Positions 11,116 through 23,097 of a stretch of DNA of 64,000 nt are shown piece after piece. Below the pieces are notes generated by a model. It ran no database searches, had not been told where the DNA came from, and saw only the letters and a list, made by a program, of their open reading frames with translations. Source of the DNA: Oopsacas minuta (taxonomy: Eukaryota > Animalia > Porifera); contig JAKMXF010000003.1 in the NCBI GenBank assembly GCA_024704765.1, positions 62,001-126,000 of the forward strand. Direction: 5' to 3'. Each line of letters begins with the position of its first letter. Position 1 is the first letter of the stretch. The position numbers and the translations under genes were made by a program.

Positions 11116-11952
11116 TCATACATTGGCTTGTATTGGTGCTGGTACACAGGTTATCGTAGCATTTGGGTTCCAGGTAGTACTCTTGCAAATCAGACTGCCT
11201 CTTGTAGTCGGAGTTAAGCAAATAAAAGAAAATTTACTCTTGCAATAATCGCATGTCATCTCATTGCAACCACCATTATGTTCAAGTATAGTTGTGCAGT
11301 CAGGACAGGCTCTTATTCTAGGAACTTTGGCTGTTTTGCCTTTTTTATCTTTGAAATTAATCATTGGTGCAGACTTTAACTGTATGATCTTTTCTTTCTT
11401 GCAGTTTGAATTCCCACAGTTTTTGCCTTCAGTTGGGGAACTTTTCCATTCTCCAAGACAATACCAACAGAAGAGATAGGGTTTACTCATATTCTTTGTA
11501 CAGACAAGACAATTAACCTGAGGGCTGTCTTCGTTTTTACGCTGACAATAGCTTTTACAACGAATACACTGTTGTATATCTTGGCTGGCGCAGAAGTTAA
11601 CTGACAACGCTGCATTTAGAAATTGCTTCTCTTCATCATTAGGCAGTCCGAGTATTATGATGTCATCAATATCAACCATTTTTGTGCAGCTAGCACAACT
11701 AATTTCGTGTTTGAGTGTTTTTATTTGCTGCCAAGTATTGTCGAGTATATCAACTGGACACACGTAATGTCCACACTTCAGCTTGAGCCCTCCTTCATCT
11801 GAACATATACAGCATTCTCCATTAGGATGAGGGAATTTTACAGTTCTTTCATAATTCCTCTTCCCGATAAAGTAGTCTGCACCTACTCTAACCTGACTGA
11901 CTTCAATACCACGATTGTCAAATGCGGATTTAGAAGCAGCTAAACTTGACAT
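11116..11952 (-). CDS. Compact RBR (RING1-IBR-RING2) E3 ubiquitin ligase, single exon
   Basis: RING1-like CCIC...KCGHYVC...CASC; IBR QCIRC...VNCLVC...FCWYC; RING2 RACPDC..ILEHNGGCNEMTC with the catalytic Cys position retained. Confidence 0.85.
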   Translation of the reverse strand: MSSLAASKSAFDNRGIEVSQVRVGADYFIGKRNYERTVKFPHPNGECCICSDEGGLKLKCGHYVCPVDILDNTWQQIKTLKHEISCASCTKMVDIDDIIILGLPNDEEKQFLNAALSVNFCASQDIQQCIRCKSYCQRKNEDSPQVNCLVCTKNMSKPYLFCWYCLGEWKSSPTEGKNCGNSNCKKEKIIQLKSAPMINFKDKKGKTAKVPRIRACPDCTTILEHNGGCNEMTCDYCKSKFSFICLTPTTRGSLICKSTTWNPNATITCVPAPIQANV

Positions 11953-12765
11953 TACTGTTGCTAACTTGCTATACTATACAGGTAGTAGAAATCTACTCTA
12001 AAATATTCTCTTTATGTATACGACTATAGACTAGATGAATGTATGCATGTAGGGTTCCGTGGGAATGATAATTTGATTCCCATCTAATGCACACAGCATT
12101 TTCATAGAGATAGGATCCTCACCCCTGCATTTCCTATAAGAAATCTGATAGGAAAATACTAAGTATTTCCCTACCCATTCCATACTTGCCAAACTGAGTG
12201 AAAGAAAAGGTGGGGACGGAAAGTATGAATTTAGCGGATATCGCGGGACGCAGCATATTTGCATTAGGCGGGACTACAAAACATTGGGGCAATTATGGTT
12301 TTCGGCAAGTTTGGGTAGGACATTAGCTTTAACACATGTCTTAAAGGCTGGAGAGTTGGCAAGATACGATTCACACGGTAACCCTGAATATACGAAGTCA
12401 TTGACAACTTCAAGGATCAGTGAGTTTATCCTTACGAGTAACTTAAGTACAAAGCTTATTTTGCAGAATGCTACTTGGCTTCGCAGCTTGTGGTACAGAT
12501 GACAATAGAGTATTCGGTCAAAGCGTATATAGAAAGTAGAAAGTGTTTATGCATCTTTTGAAATATGGCTCAAAGATATTTTAGTAACACTGAAGCTTAC
12601 TCATAATCTGCCCAGACAAGAGTATTCAGGCATATCAAGAATTTCCATACAAATATTTATAATAATATGTATTGCAGATGTTACCTATGACTTATACAAT
12701 GTCAGTCAAACAAGGGAACAATGATATTATATCTTACATAGGATATACATATACACTAAATCTCA

Positions 12766-12846
12766 TATTATTATTATTATTATTATTATTTTTTATTATT
12801 ATTGTTATTATTGTTATTATTGTTATTATTATTATTATTATTATTA
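12766..12846. repeat. (ATT/GTT)n imperfect trinucleotide microsatellite
   Basis: Directly visible; it generates the poly-Ile/Leu ORF 12672-12893. Confidence 0.9.
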
Positions 12847-13650
12847 TATGTAATTACTCATTCTTCCCTTGTAAAAGTGTAAACATATATTAAACTGTCT
12901 CAATAAACTTCAAAATTATTCTAAACTAATGGTAAGTGTGATAAATCTAGTTTTTATTATCGAATATTCACAAAAATCAATCTCTATCATAATCCCTTCT
13001 TTAATTAACTAACCAATCCCTGGTCCAAATATTTTTAAGCGTGTCATTGCCTTAGTGTATAGAATGTCAAGGATAAGACTAAACAGACAAAAAGGTTTGA
13101 AAATCTACAAACATATTTGTTTACAATTCTTTACTTGTTATTATTTATAATCACCTCTCTATAAAGTTACAGAATATTTCAGTTATAACAAACATTCGTA
13201 TTACGATATAGAGGAAGAGTTATTAGAGAAGAGATTACCTCAACCTAATCCATACTGATTATACAGCATTCCAATGTCAATATGTGTTGTCATGATACTT
13301 GTCATGATTGTTTACTTGTTTACATATACTGTAGACTTTGTTTAGCCCAAAATTAATTTACCAACAAACTTATAAAATTCTTCCGAATTAGCTAATTATA
13401 GATTACACAAATAGCAACTAATTCTATACAAGGAATGTGGCTAGTTATAACTGGAACTAATTTACATATTGAACGCTATCTGACCTAACACATCCGTAAT
13501 TCTGTGAGACAATAGTCTCGTGGTAGAGTTAAAGGAAATGTGATTAGTTGTAACTTTCTATTTCATCACTTAACACCTGAATAATGAATGTATGAATTTG
13601 TATAAATACAATCTGTAAATGAGAATAATCATAAACACAACAACAAACAA

Positions 13651-14818
13651 ATGGCCACCAAATACTCAGATGAAATTCCTATTAACCATTTCGAACTAAC
13701 GGAACAGAAGATCCATTCCACCTTCGAGAAGGTTATTAGGATTGTGACAGAGAGGCGGGATCAGCTGCTTGTCCAGCTGTTCGATATGAAGCAGGACTAT
13801 CTAAGAAAGGAGAATACAAGAAAGAAACAATTCGCAGACCTGGAGAAGATGATCAGACAATTAATGGAAACTAGCATTCAACAGAATGAAGTAGTAAAGT
13901 TCCAAGAAGATCAAATAAAGAATTGGGGAAAAGAAACAAAAGAAATACGAAATAGAAACACCTATCCCAATCCCTTCCTTCAATAGTGAGGGTCTAGACT
14001 CTCTCCTAGAACAGCTGGAGAAGTTGGGGTCTATTCAGGATATAGCTGTACTATACAGAAACAAGATTGAGCCAATCAGAAGGATAGGAAAACCTGGAAG
14101 AGAGAAAGGAGAGCTGAATTACCCTGATGGACTAACTCTAGATGGAGATAAGATCTATATAGCAGATACAGGCAATAATAGAATACAGATCTTCTCTACA
14201 GAAGGTAAGTTCATTCAAGAATTTGGTAAAGGGGAGCTAAGTAATCCATCCAGTATAGCATTATATAAGGAATGGGTGTTTATAAGTGATAGGGGACTTA
14301 AAGCTATATTCAAATTCTCTAAAATAAATTACAAATTAATTAAGAGTGTTAAGGGAGTTGTTAGTTACCCTTGTGGTCTAACAACTGACACAAATGGAGA
14401 AGTGTTAGTTGCAGATTGTAATAATAATAGAATTGCAGTATTCAGCTCTGATTTAGAATATATTAGAGAAATAGGAAAAGACAAACTTATAAATCCGTGT
14501 GACGTCAAAATAAATAATAATAATATATTTGTAGCAGACAATAATGAGATTAATAATATACACATATTCTCTAAATCAGGTGATTTATTGAAAAGTTTCA
14601 TAAAATTAGAAAATGGAAGAGTATATATTTTTCTGTGTTTAGATTTGTGTAATAATATTATTATTAGCGATTATTGGGGAAATTCAATTAATATATTTAC
14701 TGAAGATGGACAGCTGATACACAAAATTACATGTAATGATCCTATAGGAATTATTGTTAATAATAACTTTGATATTATTTGTGCTAGTTTTAGTGATAAT
14801 GTAATAAATATATATTAA
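13651..14818 (+). pseudogene. Coiled-coil + NHL array copy B, one frameshift
   Basis: ORFs 13651-13986 and 14024-14818 are the two halves of one paralog. A 1-nt shift at or near the G run 13925-13928 restores ...KYEIETPIPIPSFNSEGLD. Confidence 0.85.
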
Positions 14819-14829
14819 TTATATTATTA

Positions 14830-15680
14830 TTGTTATTATTGTTATTTGTTTGTAATTAAATTCCCATATTTTACTATTTTTATTAATAATTTCCTTTCCA
14901 AAGTAAATATAATTTTTCAAAAATAGAATTAAATCATTAAATTATAAATATTACGCACAAAGTTCTAACTAATCAACTTCTAACTCGATTCCAACTCTGG
15001 GCTCGGATATCTCCGGTGGACTCCCTGTTGTCCTCCGATGGGCCACTAGGTGTGAGGGATTATTGCATTTTTCTTTAATAGTAGTATATTATTAATAATC
15101 TGAGATAAAAATAGAATCCAGTTCAAGTTATAAGCGAATAACAAAGAGCACACACATTAGAAGATATATTGTTAAAATAATATACACAGGTGTTAAAAAG
15201 ATTCTCTTAAGAATTGGGTCAGTAGGAGCTGTTTAGCACTAGGACGATTGGATGGATCTCTAAAAGAAATATTAATAGTTATACAGATGTACAAACAAAT
15301 TCAGAGTGTTATTTATGATATTGCTTATAGCTTAGAAAGGTGTTCCCAGACTAATCACATTCCACATACACACAAAATTCAAGTTTCTAGCCCTTATCAT
15401 TCCCCAAATAACATTCTCCCCTTAAAATGTATTCATGAACAATATTTTTTGTCCCGCGGGGGGTTCACAATAGGTGAGTGACCATTACTGTAGCCAAATT
15501 ATCAAACTAACTGTTGCAGACATCTGTTAATAAATGCCTTCACTCCATCTGATAATGTATCAGGAAGTTCTGGTAGATCATATCCCATTCCTATCCTGAA
15601 TAGAGCTGCTTCTTGTGAGATATCTTTAAAGGCCCTACAAACACTCTTGAAGCTAAAATATGTGATGGAGGGAAGGGAGG
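14830..15680 (-). pseudogene. Duplicated 3' end of the MAP3K19-like gene (last two coding exons plus downstream flank)
   Basis: Nearly identical to about 33420-34267, including the exons [39 protein letters not shown] and [20 protein letters not shown]. Homology breaks inside the upstream intron at about 15680. Confidence 0.85.
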
Positions 15681-16227
15681 TCTTCTAGAAACTCCTCATA
15701 GCTAATTTTGCTATTTGTTGGGACTTCTTCATCTGAACAAAATTCTACATTTTGGAGATCATCGAAACAATCTTTTCAGTGTCAAAATCCTTAGATTTTA
15801 GTTTCGCTTTCCCGAAAGTGAATATATTCGTGGTTGCTTCAAATTGTTTCTTGGGAATATTATTATTCGGGAAATTTGATTTTCGTTTAACTCCTTTTCG
15901 TTTTTCCTTTTCTTCTCTCTCAAATTCTTCTACCACATTTTTCACTTCATCAGGATCATACGTACAGTGCGTTCGGAAATTATTGGCAGTAAATACTATT
16001 TTCATTATCCTTTACAAATATTCTAAAACACCTTATTCACGACGTCTAAGTTATAGCAACATATAATATACTCGAAATATAATGTATAGATCCACTGACA
16101 TTCTAATTTTCTGCCTTATCTATCCCAAATGATCTTTGACATTAAATATGTGCTTATTAGTTTTGTTCACACATTTTAGACCCATATTTTCCGACTTTCA
16201 CTAACAATATTTTTCCACAATTTTGGT

Positions 16228-16440
16228 ATGAAGGCTCAGGAAAAGAATAGAATCAGAATAAAGGAACTCTTTGATGCTGGGATAACAAAAGCGACTGAAA
16301 TATCAAGACGACTAGCTATACCAGAGCGGACAGTTATCGTGTTTTGAAGTCTATTTCTGACAAAAAGAGCTTGACTCATAAGAAAGGAGCAGGTCGACCT
16401 CAAATATTGCACAAGTCTGATAGGAATAGGATTATGGCAT
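16228..16440 (+). mobile_element. Truncated Tc1-like transposase N-terminus (HTH region)
   Basis: MKAQEKNRIRIKELFDAGITKATEISRRLAIPERTV (frameshift) YRVLKSISDKKSLTHKKGAGRP. Cut off exactly where the array unit (TIGAR 3' UTR copy) starts at about 16441. Confidence 0.6.
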
Positions 16441-16632
16441 TAGTATTTTTGAATATTTGTTTATTTGTTTGTATGTTTATATATTCGTGTTTGTAAATAT
16501 TTATTTATTTGTGTTTGTTTGTATATATTTATTCAATTTCTACTCATTCAAATAGGAAATCTGTGATTAATATTATTCTGCCCAATTATTGGTGGCTCAA
16601 CCACTTTGAATGGTTAAATCTTGGAGACTTTA

Positions 16633-17942
16633 CAGGGTGTCTAATAAGTTCTGTTATATATCAATTCCCCAATAATTTCAAATTTATCCATTGTAAAGCC
16701 ATGAAACTTTCTATTTTCTTAGGACTTATGTTCCTAATTACAAATTACAAATTTCATTCAATATAGCCTCCCTTTTTATGAATTACGGAAGTTAGTCTGC
16801 TCCGAAACTGATGGACAGCTTTTCGCAGCTCCTCCTGTGGGATTTTCTGCCATTCACTCAACAAACTAACTTTGAGGGACTCCAAACTCTTGTGAGATTT
16901 CGCACAGGCCCTGCTCTCCAAGTTTGCCCAAACAGAATAGTCGAGTGGGTTTAAATCTGGGCTTGATGGTGGCCATTCATCCTTACTTATGAAATCGATA
17001 TTTTGCTCACGGAACCAACTCTGGGATACTTTTGAAGCATGTGCAGGCGCAGAGTCTTGTTGGTAAGTCCAAGGATGGTTTTGAAAGAGCTTCTCACCCG
17101 CAGACGCAATTTCAGGCTCCAAAACCAGTTCTCTGTACGTCTGGGAGTCTATTTTCACTCCTTGGGGGACAAAAATCAGGTTTGTCCGTGAGTCTGCCGA
17201 CACTCCCGCCCATACCATCAGAGAAAGAGGCTTCTGGACTCTATCAATGTACTTGATGCTATCTGGGATATCCTGACTTCGAGAAGCAAGTATACGGTCG
17301 TTTTGACGATTGCTTGCCTCCTCAACGGTGAACAGCTTCTCATCTGAGAAGAGAATCTGATCTTCAGTCCCAGGAGCGAATCGGGCTTTTAGTTGTATGC
17401 ATCTTTCGAGTCGCTTACGACGTATGGAGTCGTTAAGATGGTGTACGTTTTCCGCTTATAGGACTTCATTCCTAGGTCCTCTACAACCAATTTCCGCATC
17501 GTTTCGTGATTGACACAGAATTCACGAGACATTTTTCGCATTGAACGCCGGGGATTTCTTAGGATTCGACATCTAACACTATTCTTCAGGGCTGGTGTGC
17601 GGGCGGATCTTGGACGACCAATTCGTTTCCTGTCGGACACGCTGCCAGTCTCTATTTATCGTTTTATTGTGCGATAGATCAACATGGGATTCACTTTATC
17701 ATTTTCTAGCCTTTTTAGAATTTCACTATTGCTAAACCCAGATTCGTGAAAAGTGACAATTTTTGAACGAATTTCTTCTAACATGATTTCTGGGAAATCA
17801 TCAACTTGAATGATATATTCTTGGTATAATTTGAAAGAGCGCCAAAAATGCTACAAGAAATTCTAGAAGATTACTTCATAAGTATATTAATAGCTACTGT
17901 CTAAGGCGCGAAAATGTATAACACAACTTATTAGACACCCTG
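16633..17942 (-). mobile_element. maT-family (DD37D) Tc1/mariner transposon, full length (1310 bp), transposase inactivated
   Basis: 18-bp TIRs CAGGGTGTCTAATAAGTT with TA duplication; the empty site is seen in paralogous units. Transposase 17784-16754 has FSDEK, QQDSAPAH and SPDLNPLDY with 37 residues between the 2nd and 3rd Asp. One premature TAA (about 17660) and one frameshift (about 17450). Confidence 0.93.
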
Positions 17943-18375
17943 TAATTCTGTTTTTTATACTCAAAATTGGAAAAATGAAATTCAGAGTAACTTCTTCCCA
18001 AAAAATTGTGTCTCAGAACGAATTATCACACCTTGAATACAAAATATCAAATATGGCAAATGAATAATTTCCATAAGAATAGTTAAGATATTCTAATTAT
18101 AGATTACACAAATTGGAACTAATAGCTAATACAGCATAGCAACTAATTCTATACAAGGAATGTGGCTAGTTATAACTGGAACTAATTTACATATTGAAAG
18201 CTATCTGACCTAACACATCCGTAATTCTGTGAGACAATAGTCTCGTGGTAGAGTTTAAGGAAATGTGATTAGTTGTAACTTTCTATTTCACCACTTAACA
18301 CCTGAATAATGAATGTATGAATTTGTATAAATACAGTCTGTAAATGAGAATAATCATAAACAGAACAACAAACAA

Positions 18376-19542
18376 ATGGCCACCCAATACTCAGAAGAAA
18401 TTCCTACCAACCATTTCGAACTAACGGAACAGCTGATCCATTCCACCTTCGAGAAGATTATTCGGATTGCGACAGAGAGGCGAGATCAGCTGCTTGTCCA
18501 GCTGTTCGATATGAAGCAGGACTATCTAAGAAAGGAGAATACAAGAAAGAAACAAGTAGCAGAACTGGAGAAGCTAATCCAACAAGTCATGGAAACTAGC
18601 ATTCAGCAAAATCCAATCCTCAAAGTCCAAGAGAGGCAACTAAACAACTTGGAAGAAGAAAAGATGAAATACAGTGAGCAAACCCCTATCCCCATCCCTT
18701 CCTTCAATAGTGAGGGTGTAGACTCTCTCCTAGAACAGCTGGAGAAGTTGGGGTCTATTCAGGCTATAGCTGGACAACAAGTCTACAGAAACAAGACTGA
18801 GCCAATCAGAAGGATAGGAAAACCTGGAAGAGAGAAAGGAGAGCTGTATGGCCCTCAAGGACTAGCTCTAGATGGAGATAAGATCTATATAGCAGATACA
18901 GACAATAGAATACAGATCTTCTCTACAGAAGGTAAGTTCATTCATGAATTTGGTAAAGGGGAGCTAAGTAATCCATACGGTATAGCATTATATAAGGAAT
19001 GGGTGTTTATAAGTGATTGGAGATTTAATTTTATATTTAAATTCTCTAAAACAAATTACAAATTAATTAAAAGTGTTAAGAGAGTTGTTATTTCCCCTCT
19101 TGGTCTAACAACTGACACAAATGGAGAAGTGTTAGTTGCAGATTATAATAATAATAGAATTGCAGTATTCAGCTCTGATTTAGAATATATTAGAGAAATA
19201 GGAAAAGACAAACTTATATATCCGCGTGACGTCAAAATAAATAATAATAATATATTTGTAGCAGACAATAATGAGATTAATAATATACACATATTCTCTA
19301 AATCAGGTGATTTATTGAAAAGTTTCATAAAATTAGAAAATAGAGCATTTATTTTTCTGTGTTTTGATTTGTGTAATAATATTATTATTAGCGATAATTG
19401 GGGAAATTCAATTAATATATTTACTGAAGATGGACAGCTGATACACAAAATTAAATGTAATTATCCTTCAGGAATTATTGTTAATAATAACTTTGATATT
19501 ATTTGTGCTAGTCTGAGTGATAAAGTAATAAATATATATTAA
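18376..19542 (+). CDS. Coiled-coil + NHL array copy C (388 aa)
   Basis: Intact ORF co-linear with copy A; variant coiled-coil segment; in-frame 1-codon deletions in two loops. Confidence 0.92.
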   Translation: MATQYSEEIPTNHFELTEQLIHSTFEKIIRIATERRDQLLVQLFDMKQDYLRKENTRKKQVAELEKLIQQVMETSIQQNPILKVQERQLNNLEEEKMKYSEQTPIPIPSFNSEGVDSLLEQLEKLGSIQAIAGQQVYRNKTEPIRRIGKPGREKGELYGPQGLALDGDKIYIADTDNRIQIFSTEGKFIHEFGKGELSNPYGIALYKEWVFISDWRFNFIFKFSKTNYKLIKSVKRVVISPLGLTTDTNGEVLVADYNNNRIAVFSSDLEYIREIGKDKLIYPRDVKINNNNIFVADNNEINNIHIFSKSGDLLKSFIKLENRAFIFLCFDLCNNIIISDNWGNSINIFTEDGQLIHKIKCNYPSGIIVNNNFDIICASLSDKVINIY

Positions 19543-20382
19543 TTATATTATTGTTATTATTGTTATTATTATTGTTATTTGTTTGTAATTAAATTCCCAT
19601 ATTTTACTATTTTTATTAATAATTTCCTTTCCAGTGTAAATATAATTTTTCAAAAATAGAATTAAATCATTGAATTATAAAAATTACGCACAAAGTTCTA
19701 ACTAATCAACTTCTAACTCGATTCCAACTCCGGGCTCGGATATCTCCAGTGGACTCCCTGCTGTCCTCCGATGGGCCACTAGGTGTGAGGGATTATTCCA
19801 TTTTTCTTTAATAGTAGTATATTATTAATAATCCGAGATAAAAATAGAATCCAGTTCAAGTTATAAGCGAATAACAAAGAGCACACACATTAGAAGATAT
19901 ACTGTTAGAAATTCAGTAAATAAAAGTAGCTTACATAATATGAATTGCTTAATTCTGAAATTCGTAAAAGTTAATGGGTCGCTCTATTAAAATGCTTTGT
20001 GTTCATTTGCGGGAGGTTGGATATAGGTATAAATTATAGATAATATCATGACAAATCACTCTAAAACTTGATATTACCTGGCCACGACTGGCAACAGTGA
20101 GTTTGGGGGGTAATTAGATCAAGGTATAATGTGTCCGGACACATTATGTGACGTCAAAATTAACTGAACCATGGAGAAAATATTCAAAGTGAAATATTTA
20201 GCTCTCATCAGAATTGAGAAGAATATGTTCTGAACTAATAATAGGTGAAAACTTAGAGCTGTCATTCCAATGAGTATTTTTGAATCGAGAATTATATGCC
20301 TATGTGTAAACAGAAAATAGAGTATGAATTTGTATAAATACAGTCTGTAAATAAGAATAATCATAAACAGAACAACAAACAA

Positions 20383-21555
20383 ATGGCCACCCAATACGCA
20401 CAAGAAATTCCTATGAACTCTTTCGAACAAGCGGAACACCTGATCCGTTCCACGTTCGACAAGTTAATCAGGATTGCGACAGAGAGGAGAGATCAGCTGC
20501 TTGTCCAGCTGTTCGATATGAAGCAGGACTATCTAAGAAAGGAGAATACAAGAAAGAAACAAGTAGCAGACCTGGAGAAGATGATCAGACAATTCAATGA
20601 GACTTCTATTCAAGAGAATGAAATAGTGAAGTTTCAAGAAGAACAGATGTTGCAAACAAGAGCTGAAATACAGAAATACGAAAAAGAAACGCCTGTCCCA
20701 TTTCCTTCCTTCAATACTGAGGGTCTGGACGGTCTCCTAGAACAGCTGGAGAAGTTGGGGTCTATTCAGGATATAGATGTACCCTACAGAAACAAGACTG
20801 AGCCAATCAGAAGGATAGGAAAACCTGGAAGTAAGAAAGGAGAGCTGAGTTACCCTCAAGGACTATCTCTAGATGGAGATAAGATCTATATAGTAGATGC
20901 ATACAATAGAAGAATACAGATCTTCTCTACAGAAGGTAAGTTCATTCAAGAATTTGGTAAAGGGGAGCTAGATACTCCATGGGGTATAGCATTATATAAG
21001 GAATGGGTGTTTATAAGTGATTATGGAAATTTAAATTCTGCTATATTTAAATTCTCTAAAATAAATTACAAATTAATTAAGAGAGTTAAGGGAGTTGTTG
21101 GTATCCCTCATGGCCTAACAACTGACACAAATGGAGAAGTGTTAGTTGCAGATTATTATAATAATAGAATTGCAGTATTCAGCTCTGATTTAGAATATAT
21201 TAGAGAAATAGGAAAAGACAAACTTATAAGACCGCGTGACGTCAAAATAAATAATAATAATATATTTGTAGCAGACAATAATGAGATTAATAATATACAC
21301 ATATTCTCTAAATCAGGTGATTTATTGAAAAGTTTCATAAAATTAGAAAATGGAGAAGAATTAATTTTTCTGTGTTTTGATTTGTATAATAATATTATTA
21401 TTAGCGATTTTGGGGGAAATTCAATTAATATATTTACTGAAGATGGACAGCTGATACACAAAATTAAATGTAATAGACCTACAGGAATTATTGTTAATAA
21501 TAACTTTGATATTATTTGTGCTAATCGGAGTGATAATGTAATAAATATATATTAA
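20383..21555 (+). CDS. Coiled-coil + NHL array copy D (390 aa)
   Basis: Intact ORF; 2-codon loop insertion (DYGNLNSA); upstream region differs from copies A, B, C, E and G. Confidence 0.92.
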   Translation: MATQYAQEIPMNSFEQAEHLIRSTFDKLIRIATERRDQLLVQLFDMKQDYLRKENTRKKQVADLEKMIRQFNETSIQENEIVKFQEEQMLQTRAEIQKYEKETPVPFPSFNTEGLDGLLEQLEKLGSIQDIDVPYRNKTEPIRRIGKPGSKKGELSYPQGLSLDGDKIYIVDAYNRRIQIFSTEGKFIQEFGKGELDTPWGIALYKEWVFISDYGNLNSAIFKFSKINYKLIKRVKGVVGIPHGLTTDTNGEVLVADYYNNRIAVFSSDLEYIREIGKDKLIRPRDVKINNNNIFVADNNEINNIHIFSKSGDLLKSFIKLENGEELIFLCFDLYNNIIISDFGGNSINIFTEDGQLIHKIKCNRPTGIIVNNNFDIICANRSDNVINIY

Positions 21556-23097
21556 TTATATTGTTGTTATTTGTTTGTAATTAAATTCCCATATTTCACA
21601 CTTTCCAATAACAATTAGTTGGGTGAGGGAACAGAGGATCTCTGTTATAGAATTATCACAAAATTTAGCGAATTTACTTGAATACAAATTTGATGATTTT
21701 CATTCAGTCATTTCCCAATCTGACCAAGGATTGATATTTATTGAGTCCAATATTGTCCCCTGTAGTGTTATTATCTAGCAAAAGTGTGAACACTCAAATT
21801 AGGTGTGAATTAGCTCATTCGAATATTATTCAATTCACCTCTCGGTCTAACTAATCACATCAAAAGTATTTTCTATTTTGTCGATTTTTTCTGATATTTT
21901 GAATTTGGTTAATTCTAATAATTTTGTTAGCTTTTATTTGAATCAAATGGCTTCAAAAGAAATACCAGATAATGAATCTTCACACTTGAATATTTCAGGT
22001 GGTTTCATATGATTAATCAGTATTTGAGTGGTGTTCGCTCACCCGTGAATCCCCTGCTGTCACCCGTGTACCACCAAGCTGTCCTTGACCCCTAGGTTGT
22101 GAACCTCTGCAATACACTCTAGTTATAACGAAGTGCTCGCCACGTGCATGGTTTCACTTGGTTGTAAGCGGAGTGGAATATATTATTTTGAAGCTATAGC
22201 TGCTTGCTTGTAACAGAAGTTTACTGTACGATTCGCTAATAGGCGGCCTCCACAGATATTTGATAGTTTATATGATAATTGATGCAATACACAACCTTGA
22301 TAATCCGAACCTGCCACGTGTCGAAACAAGTTCGATAACTGAGACTGCACGTCTTATAATATTTGTGTTTGTATTTATCCATTGTGTATATTATTATCTG
22401 TATTGTCCTGCACAGAAATTGAGTTCCATTGGGATTGTTTTTGACACCTTTCGACTGTAACTAATTGTGATATTAGATGACGTAATAATCATTCAAATAG
22501 GGTTTCAAATTGTTAGAAAAGGAAGCACAATGAATGATAATAGAATTATTCATTGAAATGAATACACAATTTCTATCTGTTAACTCTCTGACAATTTGAT
22601 TAGAATGTTATCGTGGTGTTATGACGTAATATTTATTATTTGTTAAGAATGAATCCTATTTGTGAATTTTGATACGAAGCTTGTCCTTTTGGTGGAGGTC
22701 ATTATCGCTGTTAAAATGCAGTTGTTACTGAGAAACTTGTTTCAGCTCCACATGATGTCTATCTGATGGCATGGTATTTGAATTTCTCTGATAAAATGGT
22801 GAAATAATGACAATATTCATGTGACAGGTAAACTTGATGCGGGCGGTAGAGCAGAAACTGTAAAACCTATACTCAATACATTTTGAAACAATAATCAACA
22901 ACTGTGCGTATTTCTCTAGCCAAAGCTCTGTTGTCAATACAATATGGCAAATTCTTACGATATAGTAATCATAACTATTATTCTCATTGACTAATATAAA
23001 TTCCAATTGTGTAAGGCGGTTGCTAGGTTTATAGTTTAACAATCTGACCTAATATTCATTATGATTTTATGAGATTATCGCTACAGTTAAAATATGA

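Noticed and set aside
15680-16066. ORF 15745-16005 and an adjacent EF-hand-like fragment (KISYEEFLEDL)
   Set aside because: Frames are discontinuous and similarity is too weak to name; possibly another gene fragment at a junction.
21775-21845. Helitron end (hairpin + CTAG) explaining gene-fragment capture
   Set aside because: A short hairpin plus CTAG is seen on minus only in the copy after D. It is not conserved in the other copies, and no Rep/helicase or matching 5' TC end was found.
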